DNA of 64,000 nucleotides from Dehalococcoidia bacterium (GTDB lineage: Bacteria > Chloroflexota > Dehalococcoidia > Plut-88900): NCBI GenBank assembly GCA_965207225.1, contig CBDBLV010000001.1:128001-192000 (forward strand), in the 5' to 3' direction. Within the stretch, counting starts at the first letter, position 1; each line of letters starts with the position of its first letter. The notes below the pieces were generated by a model. It did no database searches. It was not told the DNA's origin and saw nothing but the letters and a program-made list of their open reading frames with translations. The translations under genes were made by a program, and so were the position numbers. Shown in pieces: positions 21,145-30,581 of the stretch.

Positions 21145-21612
21145 TCAGGGGCAGGCTTTCCCCAAGGGTCTCAGCCCCCGGAGGCTGCGCTCGGAGACTA
21201 CCTTGCCGGGCCGCCAGCGCATCCCCAGGACCGCCGCGACCTCCAGCGTCCCGTCGCCGTGGGCTACCAAGGCGGCGGCTCTCCCGACGCCCTGGGTGTA
21301 GACCATCGCTCCCCGGTCACCGAACCGCCGCTTCACCAACGGCCTCCACTCGGAGAACGCCCAGCGAGCCGCGCTCGGCGTCAGTGTCGCTACGTTCACG
21401 CTTCCCAGCGCCGCCAGCGCGCCGTCGATGTCCCCCGACTGCCTGAGCCGCCGGGCCTCGTGGATGGAGCGCGTCACGCTCGCCTCCACCGTCTCCGTCT
21501 CGACCCCGAAGCCCATCGCTTCAAAGAGCCGGTCCACCAGGTCCTCCAGGCTGCGCCTGGGCCGGTCCACCTCCATCGTCCTATTGCCGATTGCTGCCGT
21601 TGCCGTGGTCAT
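21145..21612 (-). CDS. Hypothetical protein (ICE backbone)
   Basis: AGGAGG RBS before ATG; plausible composition. Confidence 0.65.
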   Translation of the reverse strand: MTTATAAIGNRTMEVDRPRRSLEDLVDRLFEAMGFGVETETVEASVTRSIHEARRLRQSGDIDGALAALGSVNVATLTPSAARWAFSEWRPLVKRRFGDRGAMVYTQGVGRAAALVAHGDGTLEVAAVLGMRWRPGKVVSERSLRGLRPLGKACP

Positions 21613-21670
21613 CGTGTACCTCCTGTGCCTTTGTTTCTGATGCCTTGAATCCGTTGCGCCCGGTTTCGGG

Positions 21671-21709
21671 AAAAGAAGAAGGGGTCGGCTCCAAACCGGA
21701 GCCGACCCC
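21671..21709 (-). terminator. Intrinsic terminator
   Basis: GGGGTCGGCTCC/GGAGCCGACCCC stem followed by a U-rich tract on the minus strand. Confidence 0.75.
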
Positions 21710-21744
21710 TCTGATTGGGACGGGCTATGTGTTTTTCATGACTG

Positions 21745-22305
21745 TCAGCGGAGGAACCTCTTCCTCCGATGGCGCATCATGTGTCGTCCCGTCAGCAACG
21801 AACCGACGCTGAGCGCGAGGCAGGCGAGGATCGCCGCTTCCCAGTCGTGTCCCAGCAGCAGCGGCACGGCGAAAGCCAGCGCGACAGCTGCGTACGATTC
21901 GAGTCTCCACCGGGGCCAGTATCTGATCCACCAGAGCCTGTCGATCTTCCCGTCCAGGGGCTCGTAGGCCCACCTGATCGGCCATCCTGCCTGCGCACCC
22001 AGCACGTCCGCCGCCATCTCCGGAGAACAGTCCCCGGTGTGGCAGCGCACGTCGATGCCCTCGCCGTCGGGTCTCTGCCGGAACGCCAGGCCGTCGTCCC
22101 TCAGGCTGTGGCATGTCGCCGTCGTCCAGAACCAGCCGTCGTGGAACCCGACCCGATGCGGCAGCCGCTTGGCTATCCACAGCGCGCTGGGTCCCACGTA
22201 GATCTCCTTCACGTCCATGCCCGTCCTTTCGTCGATGTCCGTCAACGTCGATTCCATGTGCTCATCGCCTCCTTCCTCAATGTCGTGTGTCCGCAGTGCT
22301 TCCAT
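21745..22305 (-). CDS. Hypothetical membrane protein with Cys/His motif
   Basis: GAAGGAGG RBS; CH...CHTGDC; two C-terminal hydrophobic segments; start 22305 or 22257. Confidence 0.6.
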   Translation of the reverse strand: MEALRTHDIEEGGDEHMESTLTDIDERTGMDVKEIYVGPSALWIAKRLPHRVGFHDGWFWTTATCHSLRDDGLAFRQRPDGEGIDVRCHTGDCSPEMAADVLGAQAGWPIRWAYEPLDGKIDRLWWIRYWPRWRLESYAAVALAFAVPLLLGHDWEAAILACLALSVGSLLTGRHMMRHRRKRFLR

Positions 22306-22811
22306 GTCTTCAATGCCTCCTTCGTATGCTTGAACTTCGAATCCGCCGACTTGGTGAACTTTCCAATGCAGGCTCCATCCATCCCGCATCCCGGCTGAGC
22401 GTGATTCGGCCAGCATGGGGGAGGAAGCGGCCGGTCCTGGGGCGTAAGGGCTCCGGGACAGCCACGAATTCGTGAGGGCCTGGCCTGTGCGACGGGCGCA
22501 CCTCGACCTAGGTGTCCGAGGGGCTGAAGCGAAACGCGCCTCTGCCGCTGCGAATGTGTCCCTCCGGGGTTTGCCTTCGGGAGAGCGCAATGCTCAATCC
22601 CTCCGGTCTGACCCCCTGGGTGGCTTTCAGAGAGCGCGGTGCTCGATCCTACGCAGCCTGTCCCGGATTCGGGGGACGGGAACCCTCCAGGTTTCTCGGC
22701 ACGAAATCCTGGCAAAGCCTGAAACTGACTCCATTATTGCCGAACGGTTGAGCTGATGGAAGGGTTTCACGGCGCCCGCACCCAAAGTGTTCTGTCCGGT
22801 TCCACGAAACC

Positions 22812-23687
22812 CTAAGCGCGCCCCGGCCACCAGCGGCTTCGCCACAGGCCGCACGTCAGCGCCTTCCACAGCAGGTATCTCCAGGCCAGCGCCCTGCGGA
22901 CCTCGTGGAGGGTGTCCTTGCGCCAGGTGAGCTGTGTGCTTCGGTAGAGTCCGTGCAGCGGCTCCGTCTCCGGCGGCAGGGTCATCCCGTACTCTTCGAG
23001 CAGGGCCACCTCCAGGCTACGGACCCGCGCCTCGGTCTCCAGCCACGCCAGGCCCTTACCTGTGCCAGTGTGCCCCGCCTTCCAGATTTCGCGCCACTCC
23101 TCGATGAGGGGCCACGCCTCGCCGAAGACCTCCTCGTCGTCGGGAGCTGGCTCCTTCGTCACCAGATCGGGATACAGCCGCTTCGGGTACCTGGCCATCG
23201 GCGACGGCTTGTCCGTCGCCGGGGCCTTCTCCGGCGCGTCTCCGGTTGCGTCCTGGGCCTCTGCCGGTTCCGCCGTGGACTCCCTCGTGGTCTCCAGGCG
23301 AGTCAGCTTACCCTCGACCTTAGCCAACGCGCGGCCCTGCTCCCCACCCAGGGTCTTGACCTCGCCCCTGACGGCATCCAGACCCTCGTGAAGCTCCTTC
23401 GCCAGACTCTCCACGCGACGCTCCAGCGCATCGTTGCGCTTCCGCTGGCGGGCGGCGGCCGAGCCTGCGCCCTCCTGGAGGCCCCGCTCCAGCGCCTCTC
23501 GGACCCGCCACGACATCCCTTCGCCGTCCATGCACGCTCCCACCGTTCGTGGGTCGAGACCCAACTCTTCGGCGGCCCTGATGCGTCCCTTCGTTCGCAC
23601 CATGTCGTGCAGCAGCGCCTTGAGCCGGAGGACGTATTCCTCATCGGCGTCTCCGCCCTCGGTCATGACCTTCTCACTCGACTCCAT
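22812..23687 (-). CDS. Hypothetical protein, N-terminal HTH-like region plus coiled coil
   Basis: GGAGGAGG RBS; RAAEELGLDPRTV HTH-like segment. Confidence 0.7.
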   Translation of the reverse strand: MESSEKVMTEGGDADEEYVLRLKALLHDMVRTKGRIRAAEELGLDPRTVGACMDGEGMSWRVREALERGLQEGAGSAAARQRKRNDALERRVESLAKELHEGLDAVRGEVKTLGGEQGRALAKVEGKLTRLETTRESTAEPAEAQDATGDAPEKAPATDKPSPMARYPKRLYPDLVTKEPAPDDEEVFGEAWPLIEEWREIWKAGHTGTGKGLAWLETEARVRSLEVALLEEYGMTLPPETEPLHGLYRSTQLTWRKDTLHEVRRALAWRYLLWKALTCGLWRSRWWPGRA

Positions 23688-23700
23688 CAGTCCCTCCTCC

Positions 23701-23884
23701 TGCAACTTGCAGAGTTTTGCAGCTTTTCGTCGATTTCGAGCAGTTGCAACTTGCAGATTCCAAACGTGAGCGATGCATATTTCGTCGCAACCGGCCCCTG
23801 CCACAAAGTGTTCGCTGTTCACGTCCTGTAGGGGCTGCTTTCCCCCTGTTCCAGCTTTGAAACACGACCGATCTGCAACTTGCA
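23701..23884. promoter_or_regulatory. Three palindromic TGCAACTTGCA operator-like sites in a divergent intergenic region
   Basis: Exact copies at 23701, 23745, 23874. Confidence 0.6.
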
Positions 23885-23975
23885 ACCAAACCCGTTTCTC
23901 TGTACTACCCCATGACATCACGGCTGCCCCTTGGCGGGTATCCCCTGGAAGGGGCTATCACGAATGAAACGGTTG

Positions 23976-24030
23976 CATGGATGAATACCCCTTCCGAGGG
24001 ATAACGCTCGTCTTTTCGGCCCTCCACACT
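23976..24030 (+). promoter_or_regulatory. Conserved ICE promoter-like motif CATG(G/C)(A/G)TG-N41-CACACT upstream of the transfer operon
   Basis: 27-bp exact match to 38738-38764; same spacing at 63720-63774 (-). Confidence 0.6.
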
Positions 24031-24073
24031 CGATGGCAAATCATCGCGATTCCACCCGTGAGGAGGCGTCAAC

Positions 24074-24691
24074 TTGGAACGGTACTCGACCATCCGGCGG
24101 ACCCTTAGAAGAGCCAGGAGGCTGATGCCCCTGGCCGCCGCACTGCTGCTTGCGGCGCTTATTGCCGTACCCCCGAGCAACCTCGCCCTGGCCCAATCGC
24201 CGCCCGGCAACGAGATCACCCTGGTCAACGAAGACCGGGAATTCGTCGAGCGCAAGAAGGGCGGCGAGTTCGTCGCAAGACCCATCTTCGACCGCAAGGT
24301 GGCCGACCTCTTCTACGCAGTCCGGGACGCCGACACCGGCGACTGGATAAGCGCCATGTACCGGGTCCGGGGCGGCGAGAAGAAGCGATCAGACGGTTGG
24401 GAGTACTCCTGGGAGTATCCCAAGCTGGACGAGCAGCCCGACCTCGACCCCGACCGGGCCTACCTGCTGGTCATGCTGGCGCACGCCGAGGACGGCAAAC
24501 GGGGCGACTTCTACGCCGTCGTCCCCATCCACCAGCCGGGACGCATCTGGGACAAGATTCTGAGTGCCCTCAACCCCTCCCGCTGGGCCAGGGCCGCAGC
24601 CGGGTGGGTGATCGAGGGGGTCCACGGGACGCTGTGCGGCGTGGTGGAGCGGGCCTCGGGCGAGGACGCCGACAACTGTGAGGGGAGCTAG
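24074..24691 (+). CDS. Exported protein, first gene of the conjugation operon
   Basis: Signal peptide (ALA/Q); close homolog at 63059-63673. Confidence 0.75.
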   Translation: MERYSTIRRTLRRARRLMPLAAALLLAALIAVPPSNLALAQSPPGNEITLVNEDREFVERKKGGEFVARPIFDRKVADLFYAVRDADTGDWISAMYRVRGGEKKRSDGWEYSWEYPKLDEQPDLDPDRAYLLVMLAHAEDGKRGDFYAVVPIHQPGRIWDKILSALNPSRWARAAAGWVIEGVHGTLCGVVERASGEDADNCEGS

Positions 24692-24694
24692 CCC

Positions 24695-25675
24695 ATGAGC
24701 GACATCCTCACCGGGACTCCTCCCGACCTCACCTACGCACATGACCTGGTTCAGCAGGCGTGGATGGTCGTCTGGGCCATTACGTCGGGCGCACTGGTGG
24801 TCATCCTCGGCTGGATGGGCCTCTCGCTCATCGTGTCAGAGCACCTCGGAAGGTCTCAGACAGGTTGGCGGGAGATGGTGCCGAGACTGGTGTTGGGCCT
24901 TGTTGCAGCGGCGTCCTCCCTTTGGTGGTGCGCCCTGGTCATCGACGTTGCCGACGCCGTGTCCGGCTTCGTCGCGGTATCTCTGAACGTCACCGCCGGA
25001 GACATGCTCCGCTCAACCCTCAAGACTCTGCTCACCGCCGTGAACGCCGGGAGTGTGGGGATGGCGTTGCTGCTGGCCCTTCTCTACCTGGTCTACGGCT
25101 TCTTCGTCCTCTACGTCATCGTGCAGATGATCCTGCGCCTCGCGCTGATAGACATTCTCTTGGCTTTGGCTCCCATCGCGTTGGGGCTGTGGATTCTGCC
25201 GCACACGGCGGGCTGGGGCCGCCACTGGCTCAGGCTGTTCATGACGACGGTGTTCCAGCAGGCGATCCAGCTCATTGCGTTGGCCCTGGGGTTCGGGTTC
25301 CTGAACGAGGTTGCTCAGATAGCCGCCTTCGAGCCGGTGCAGGACCTGGTGTGGAAGCTCCTCATGTCGCTGGCCTTCGTCTACATGGCGACCCGCGTGC
25401 CGTCTCTTCTTGGGAACGCCGGGACCTTCGACGCCTGGCTGAGCACCCTCTACTTCGGGATGAACCTACCCGCGTCGATGGTGCGGTCGGCCCGGACCAT
25501 CGGGCTTGTGGCGGGCGGAGCCGCCGGAGGTCCCGGCGGAATGGCCGTGGGAGCGGTTGCGGCCAGCGCTGGTCTGTCGGCTGCGGCGAGCGGTCTCAAC
25601 TCTGCGGCGTCGATGGCCACCCCATCGGGTGGTGGGGACATGGGCGGCGAGGCCCCTAGGAGCGCCAACGAGTGA
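24695..25675 (+). CDS. VirB6/TrbL-like polytopic T4SS membrane protein
   Basis: Several TM helices, R...I.ILLALAPIA..LWILP motif, Gly/Ala tail, operon context. Confidence 0.75.
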   Translation: MSDILTGTPPDLTYAHDLVQQAWMVVWAITSGALVVILGWMGLSLIVSEHLGRSQTGWREMVPRLVLGLVAAASSLWWCALVIDVADAVSGFVAVSLNVTAGDMLRSTLKTLLTAVNAGSVGMALLLALLYLVYGFFVLYVIVQMILRLALIDILLALAPIALGLWILPHTAGWGRHWLRLFMTTVFQQAIQLIALALGFGFLNEVAQIAAFEPVQDLVWKLLMSLAFVYMATRVPSLLGNAGTFDAWLSTLYFGMNLPASMVRSARTIGLVAGGAAGGPGGMAVGAVAASAGLSAAASGLNSAASMATPSGGGDMGGEAPRSANE

Positions 25676-25834
25676 TTTTTCAAAGAAGGCGAGAACCCAT
25701 GAGGTGCGGGCTAAGAAGCCCGGCCCAATCGAAAACGAGGAGGTGGGAGCGATGTGCAGGTAAGTGATCTAAGGCAACCCAACCGATAGCAACGAGCAAG
25801 AGACTCCGAAACGGAGATCAAAAGGAGAGACGTA

Positions 25835-26116
25835 ATGGAAGAACTGACACAGACCATATCGAACCTTGTGGGGATCGGGTTGGGAATCGTGGGGGCCGTT
25901 GGCGTGGGCTTCTTCATCTACGGGGCCTACCTGTACCTGACGGCATCGGGAGCGCCCCACCAGATGGAGCGGGGCAAGAGCGCCATGATGACCGCCCTGG
26001 CGGGCGTCGTGCTGGCCATGGTGGTGGAGCTGGTGATGAACGCCGTGGTGGGTTCCCCGGTGGAGATCGACGTGCCCGACCCGGCCACGCCCACGCCTGA
26101 GACCAAGAACAGCTAG
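25835..26116 (+). CDS. Pilin-like (VirB2/TrbC) small membrane protein
   Basis: IYGAYLYLTASG....ERGK..M..AL.G pattern. Confidence 0.7.
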   Translation: MEELTQTISNLVGIGLGIVGAVGVGFFIYGAYLYLTASGAPHQMERGKSAMMTALAGVVLAMVVELVMNAVVGSPVEIDVPDPATPTPETKNS

Positions 26117-26135
26117 GCGAAAGGGGAAGAAAAAA

Positions 26136-27839
26136 ATGAGAGAACACGAGGTACCGACTCACGTGCAGGCCGAGGACAGGGTGCTGCTGTGGTTCACCTT
26201 CCCGCAGGTCGTGGCGGTGGTGGCGGTGTGCGCCCTGTCCTACGGCGCATACCGCTACGCCCCGGTGGGGCCGTCCGAGGTGAGGATGGGACTCGCCGTC
26301 CTCATGGGCCTCATCGGGCTTGCCGCTGTCGTGGGAAAGATAGGGGGTCGGCGGCTGCCGTTGGTGGCCGCCGACCTGCTGAAGTACCGGCTGGGGGCGA
26401 GGCTCTATGCGGGTCCGGTCTCCCAGTTGGTGCTGTCCGAGCCGCCCGCGCCTGCGCAGCCGGTGAGGAGCGGCCCCGGCCCCTTGAGCCTGATGACGAA
26501 GAAGGTCGGCAGAACCCTGCGCCGCCTTCGACGGAGGCGCAAGCTGCGGAACAGGCGTAGGGACCGCCGCAACGGACGGATGCCGTTTCGTCCCCATGGT
26601 TGGTTCGGCAAGCGCCGCCGCAAGGAGAACAGGAACAGCCAGGGCCACGGACCCAAGGGCTGGATGGCGGTGGTGGCCGCCGTCGCTCTGGCGGCGGCCA
26701 CGGTCGTCCCTCAGGCAGCCCTGGCCGACGGCCACGAGCCGTGGCGGGATGAGATCGACTTCGAGGTGACCGAGCCGGTGGAGGGCAGGCGGATATTCGT
26801 CGAGGGCCTCACTGTCTCCGGCGACCGGGCCGCAGTGAAGCTCAGGGCGGCGACGGACCTGGACATCCGGGTACGCGCCTTCGGCGGCAGCCAGGGCACG
26901 TCCCTGCGCTTCTGGGGTTCGGCGTCCCTGGGCGAGGGGGAGACCATCGACTACTCCCTGCCCCTGCACGGCCCACTGCCGTCCTTCACGGTCTCGTGGG
27001 AGGACACCCTGGGGCAGGCGGGGGCGCTCACCATAGAGCACGACCGCATCCCGTACCCGCTCCCTGAATTCGAGGGAGAGCTGTGCGACCTGAGCGTGAC
27101 CTCCCTTGGCTGGACGCCAGGAGCAGTCAGCGGCGTGATCGAATCGGAGTGCGTGTCCGACATCGAGGAGCCGGTCGAGCTTCAGACGGTGGCCGGACAC
27201 GAGAGTGTCACCGAGACGGCGCTCATGGAGGCCGAGGTGCCTTCCATAACCGGGTCGGTAGTTGCCACGACGAGAGCATCGACCGCGAGCGTCGCATTCG
27301 TCCCCGACGGGGAGACGAGCTTCCGGCTCGCCGCGCCCACCGGCGAGGCGATTCACGCTCTGAGCGTGGACGTGAGCCTTGAGGCGAACCTCAGCATCCC
27401 CATCCCGCCGCTGACGACGCTCACCCACCACCCGGAGCGGACGGAGGAGCGCACCGAGACGGTGAGCCTGTGGAGGCCGGGGGCGAGCGACTCTGACAGC
27501 GACAGCGAGACCATCACCGTCACCCACGACGATGGCACGACCACGGACCACACGGTGTCCGCCTATGCCTACGCCCATGTGCCGGGCACGACGATCCAGA
27601 AGCAGGTCACGCTCACCATCGTCCATCCCGAACACGTCAAGGCCGAGACGACCGACCGAGCGCCCCTCACCAGGGCAAGGGAAGAGTCCCTATCCCTGGC
27701 GTCCGCCGTCGGGTCCGACGACGCCTTCGCCGTCCTGATTTTGCCGGAGCCTGAGCCGGAGGACCCGCCCGCTGAGCAGACTTCCGGCGGCGATCTGACC
27801 GACTGGTTCCGAAGACTGGGATGGGAGTGGCCCTGGTGA
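26136..27839 (+). CDS. PrgI (VirB3-like) domain fused to a large exported domain
   Basis: VPTHVQAEDRVLLWFTFPQ PrgI-type N-terminus, 2 TM, internal signal-like segment. Confidence 0.72.
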   Translation: MREHEVPTHVQAEDRVLLWFTFPQVVAVVAVCALSYGAYRYAPVGPSEVRMGLAVLMGLIGLAAVVGKIGGRRLPLVAADLLKYRLGARLYAGPVSQLVLSEPPAPAQPVRSGPGPLSLMTKKVGRTLRRLRRRRKLRNRRRDRRNGRMPFRPHGWFGKRRRKENRNSQGHGPKGWMAVVAAVALAAATVVPQAALADGHEPWRDEIDFEVTEPVEGRRIFVEGLTVSGDRAAVKLRAATDLDIRVRAFGGSQGTSLRFWGSASLGEGETIDYSLPLHGPLPSFTVSWEDTLGQAGALTIEHDRIPYPLPEFEGELCDLSVTSLGWTPGAVSGVIESECVSDIEEPVELQTVAGHESVTETALMEAEVPSITGSVVATTRASTASVAFVPDGETSFRLAAPTGEAIHALSVDVSLEANLSIPIPPLTTLTHHPERTEERTETVSLWRPGASDSDSDSETITVTHDDGTTTDHTVSAYAYAHVPGTTIQKQVTLTIVHPEHVKAETTDRAPLTRAREESLSLASAVGSDDAFAVLILPEPEPEDPPAEQTSGGDLTDWFRRLGWEWPW

Positions 27840-28150
27840 GGCGCATCGCGACCATAACGCTGTTCGCCATATCAGCCCTCGTTTCGATGGGAGCTACGCC
27901 GGAGGAGGAAGCGGTGCTTCACGCCTTCGACGCGGTGTTGACCGCGATGGCCTACGCCGCTGCCGGACTCTGCGTGTTCGCCATCGTCTGGGCGGGGTTC
28001 GTCCTGATGGCCGAGGGCGCGGAGGAGCGGGGCGGCGGCAGGGCCAAGAGCGCGGTGGTGATGGCCGTCGTCGGCCTGGTGCTGGTGCTCCTGGCCAAGG
28101 GCGTCGCCGCGCTGCTGAGAAGCGGCATCGTTCCGATTCCTACTCCCTAG
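27821..28150 (+). CDS. Second pilin-like membrane protein
   Basis: IVWAGFVLM...RAKSAVVMAVVGLVLVLLA; homolog at 59622-59954. Confidence 0.65.
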   Translation: MGVALVRRIATITLFAISALVSMGATPEEEAVLHAFDAVLTAMAYAAAGLCVFAIVWAGFVLMAEGAEERGGGRAKSAVVMAVVGLVLVLLAKGVAALLRSGIVPIPTP

Positions 28151-28169
28151 ACATCACAAGGAGACGACG

Positions 28170-30437
28170 TTGAAGCAGTTGCTCAAGAGAATCACGAGGC
28201 GCGGAGGGGAGAGTCCACTCGAAGTGGCAGCCGCCCCGCAGGACATTTCGGAGGCCGACCCCTCCTTGGCCTCCGAATCCACCGAACCCCGGGTCCCCGC
28301 GCCGAAGCCTATACCGGAGCTACCGCTCTTCTTCATGTTGTCGCACCTGGACGACGACGGCCCCGTCCGCCTGGACGGGGTGAAGCTCGGCGTGTGCGAG
28401 GTGATGGGGCTGGAGCTTGACGAGCCGAAGCTGGGGGCCTTCGCCGGGGCGCTCAACGCCCTCGACTTCCCCGTGCAGCTACTCATACGCCAGCACCCGC
28501 CGCGTCTTGGCGGGCTGAAGGACAAGCTCAGGGATGCACAGCCGGAGAACCTTCCACCGCAGACGAAGGCGGCCGCCGAGTCGCTGAACCGGCTCCTCAC
28601 CGACCTGGAGGCCCGGGACGGCATCCTCGACCGGCGCTTCTACGCCGTCTGCGAGCACGCTCGCATCGACGAGCTGCGCGGCCTGCTGGCGCGTGCAGGA
28701 CTCTCCGTCCATCCACTGAAAGGCCGCCAGCTTCGCATGTTCCTCGTAGCGGCCACCCTGGGAGGCACCCCCACAGACGTGGACGAGAGTGAGGAGGTCG
28801 AGGTGCAGGTCAACCGACGTGACATGCGCGTCGGCGGCCGGCTCGTTCGCTCCCTGCACCTGGGCAAGTGGCCGAGGTCGTTGGCCCCAGGGTTCCTGCA
28901 AGGGTTGATGGCGGCGGGAGCGCCCATGGACCTGTCCATCCACCTGGGGCCGATACCGGCGGAACAAGCCGCCCGCACCCTCGAATGGCAGAAGGTCCGC
29001 TTCGAATCGGCGCAGTCCCTCTCCTTCAAGCGGGGCAGAACCATGTCCCCCGAGGCGGAGATCGCCCTGGAGGACGTGACCCGGCTCAGGGACGAGGTGC
29101 AGCGAGGCCGGGAACGTCTCTTTCACTCGTCGCTGTCCGTCACCCTTCACGCCAAGGATGAAGATTCCCTGAAGGAGATGACCCAGCGAGCCAAGGCGCA
29201 CTTCGCCGCCACGTTGGGCAAGCTGGACAACCTGGCCTTCCGTCAGCGGGAGGGTTTTCTGTCCACGCTGCCCCTGGCGCTGAACGCCGTGGCCGAGTGG
29301 CGCACCCTGGACACGTCGTCCCTGGCGCGGCTGTTCCCCTTCTCGCCGCCGGACCTGGACACCCGCAGCGGCACCCTCTACGGCATCGACATGCGAGCCT
29401 GTTCCCCCGTGGTCTACGACCCCTGGGACGGCACGCACCTCAACGCCAACACCGCCGTCCTCGCAAGATCGGGAAGCGGCAAGTCGTTCGCAACCAAGCT
29501 CGGCGTGCTCAGGGGCCTGACGCGGGGCGTCACCGCCTACGTCATCGACCCGGAGGGCGAGTACGCGGACATGGCGAGGGCCGCCGGAGGCAGGGTCCTG
29601 TCCCCCGGCGTGGAGGGCCAGGGCATGAACCCCTTCGTCATCGACCGGGGAGACGACGAGGAGCTGCTCCAGCGCATCGGCAGCCTGAGAAGGCTCATCG
29701 AGGTGATGGTGGGAGAGAGCCTCGGCGCGGAGCGCAGGGCCTCCCTAGACCACGCCCTGGCGGGCTACTACGCCCAACACAGGGAGCGCACCGGCTTCAG
29801 GGATTTTTACAAGTATCTCGAAGGGCAAGCGCCCGACATCGCCCACCTGCTGCGTCCCTTCGCCACAGGCAGCCTGCGCAACCTCCTCTCCGACGAGGGG
29901 GACGACCTTCTCGGCAACGAGGCGTTGGTGACCGTCTTCGACCTGCGGCTCTTGGAGCCGGAGTTGCGACCAGCCGCCGCGATGGTCTGCACCGAGACGG
30001 TGTGGGCGGCGGCCGCCCAGAATCCCAAGCCCCGCCTGCTGGTGGTGGACGAGGTGTGGAGCATCATGCAGCACCCCGAGGGCGCGGCCTTCATGGTCAG
30101 CATGGCGAAGCGCGCGAGAAAACACCGGCTGGGGTTGCAGTTCATCACCCAGGACGTGCAGGACCTGCTCTCCGAGGACTCTTCGAGGACCATCACCGGC
30201 CATTCGGGAAGGGCATTGCTACAGAACGCCGCCTTCAAGCTGCTGCTTCAGCAGGACGCGGCGGCGATAGCCACCGTGGGTGACGCCTTTGACCTGCCCG
30301 AAGACCTCCAGCGCTGGCTGCTGTCCTGCCCCCGTGGTGACGGGCTGCTTCTGGCCAGGGGGCACCGATTCCCGGTGCGCATAGAGGCGACCCCGGAGGA
30401 GACGGAAGTCATTGAATGGAGGCCGGGAAAGCACTAG
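28170..30437 (+). CDS. virB4: VirB4-like conjugative ATPase
   Basis: Walker A ARSGSGKS, IDPEGEY, Walker B LVVDEVW, KRARK, ITQ. Confidence 0.88.
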   Translation: MKQLLKRITRRGGESPLEVAAAPQDISEADPSLASESTEPRVPAPKPIPELPLFFMLSHLDDDGPVRLDGVKLGVCEVMGLELDEPKLGAFAGALNALDFPVQLLIRQHPPRLGGLKDKLRDAQPENLPPQTKAAAESLNRLLTDLEARDGILDRRFYAVCEHARIDELRGLLARAGLSVHPLKGRQLRMFLVAATLGGTPTDVDESEEVEVQVNRRDMRVGGRLVRSLHLGKWPRSLAPGFLQGLMAAGAPMDLSIHLGPIPAEQAARTLEWQKVRFESAQSLSFKRGRTMSPEAEIALEDVTRLRDEVQRGRERLFHSSLSVTLHAKDEDSLKEMTQRAKAHFAATLGKLDNLAFRQREGFLSTLPLALNAVAEWRTLDTSSLARLFPFSPPDLDTRSGTLYGIDMRACSPVVYDPWDGTHLNANTAVLARSGSGKSFATKLGVLRGLTRGVTAYVIDPEGEYADMARAAGGRVLSPGVEGQGMNPFVIDRGDDEELLQRIGSLRRLIEVMVGESLGAERRASLDHALAGYYAQHRERTGFRDFYKYLEGQAPDIAHLLRPFATGSLRNLLSDEGDDLLGNEALVTVFDLRLLEPELRPAAAMVCTETVWAAAAQNPKPRLLVVDEVWSIMQHPEGAAFMVSMAKRARKHRLGLQFITQDVQDLLSEDSSRTITGHSGRALLQNAAFKLLLQQDAAAIATVGDAFDLPEDLQRWLLSCPRGDGLLLARGHRFPVRIEATPEETEVIEWRPGKH

Positions 30438-30581
30438 CCGGCAGCGTTGAACACGAAACGAGACGGCCCGATAGAGGCCGGGAAAGGGAGGAGACATGAC
30501 GAGCGACGGACACGGAACAGGCGAAGCGAGACATAGCGACTACGGACCGAGTGAAGACCTCAATAGAGAAAGGAAGAGAAC

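Noticed and set aside
22560-22650. Glycine riboswitch
   Set aside because: Only a loose GGAG..CCGAAGG resemblance; lacks CTCTCAGG and a relevant downstream gene
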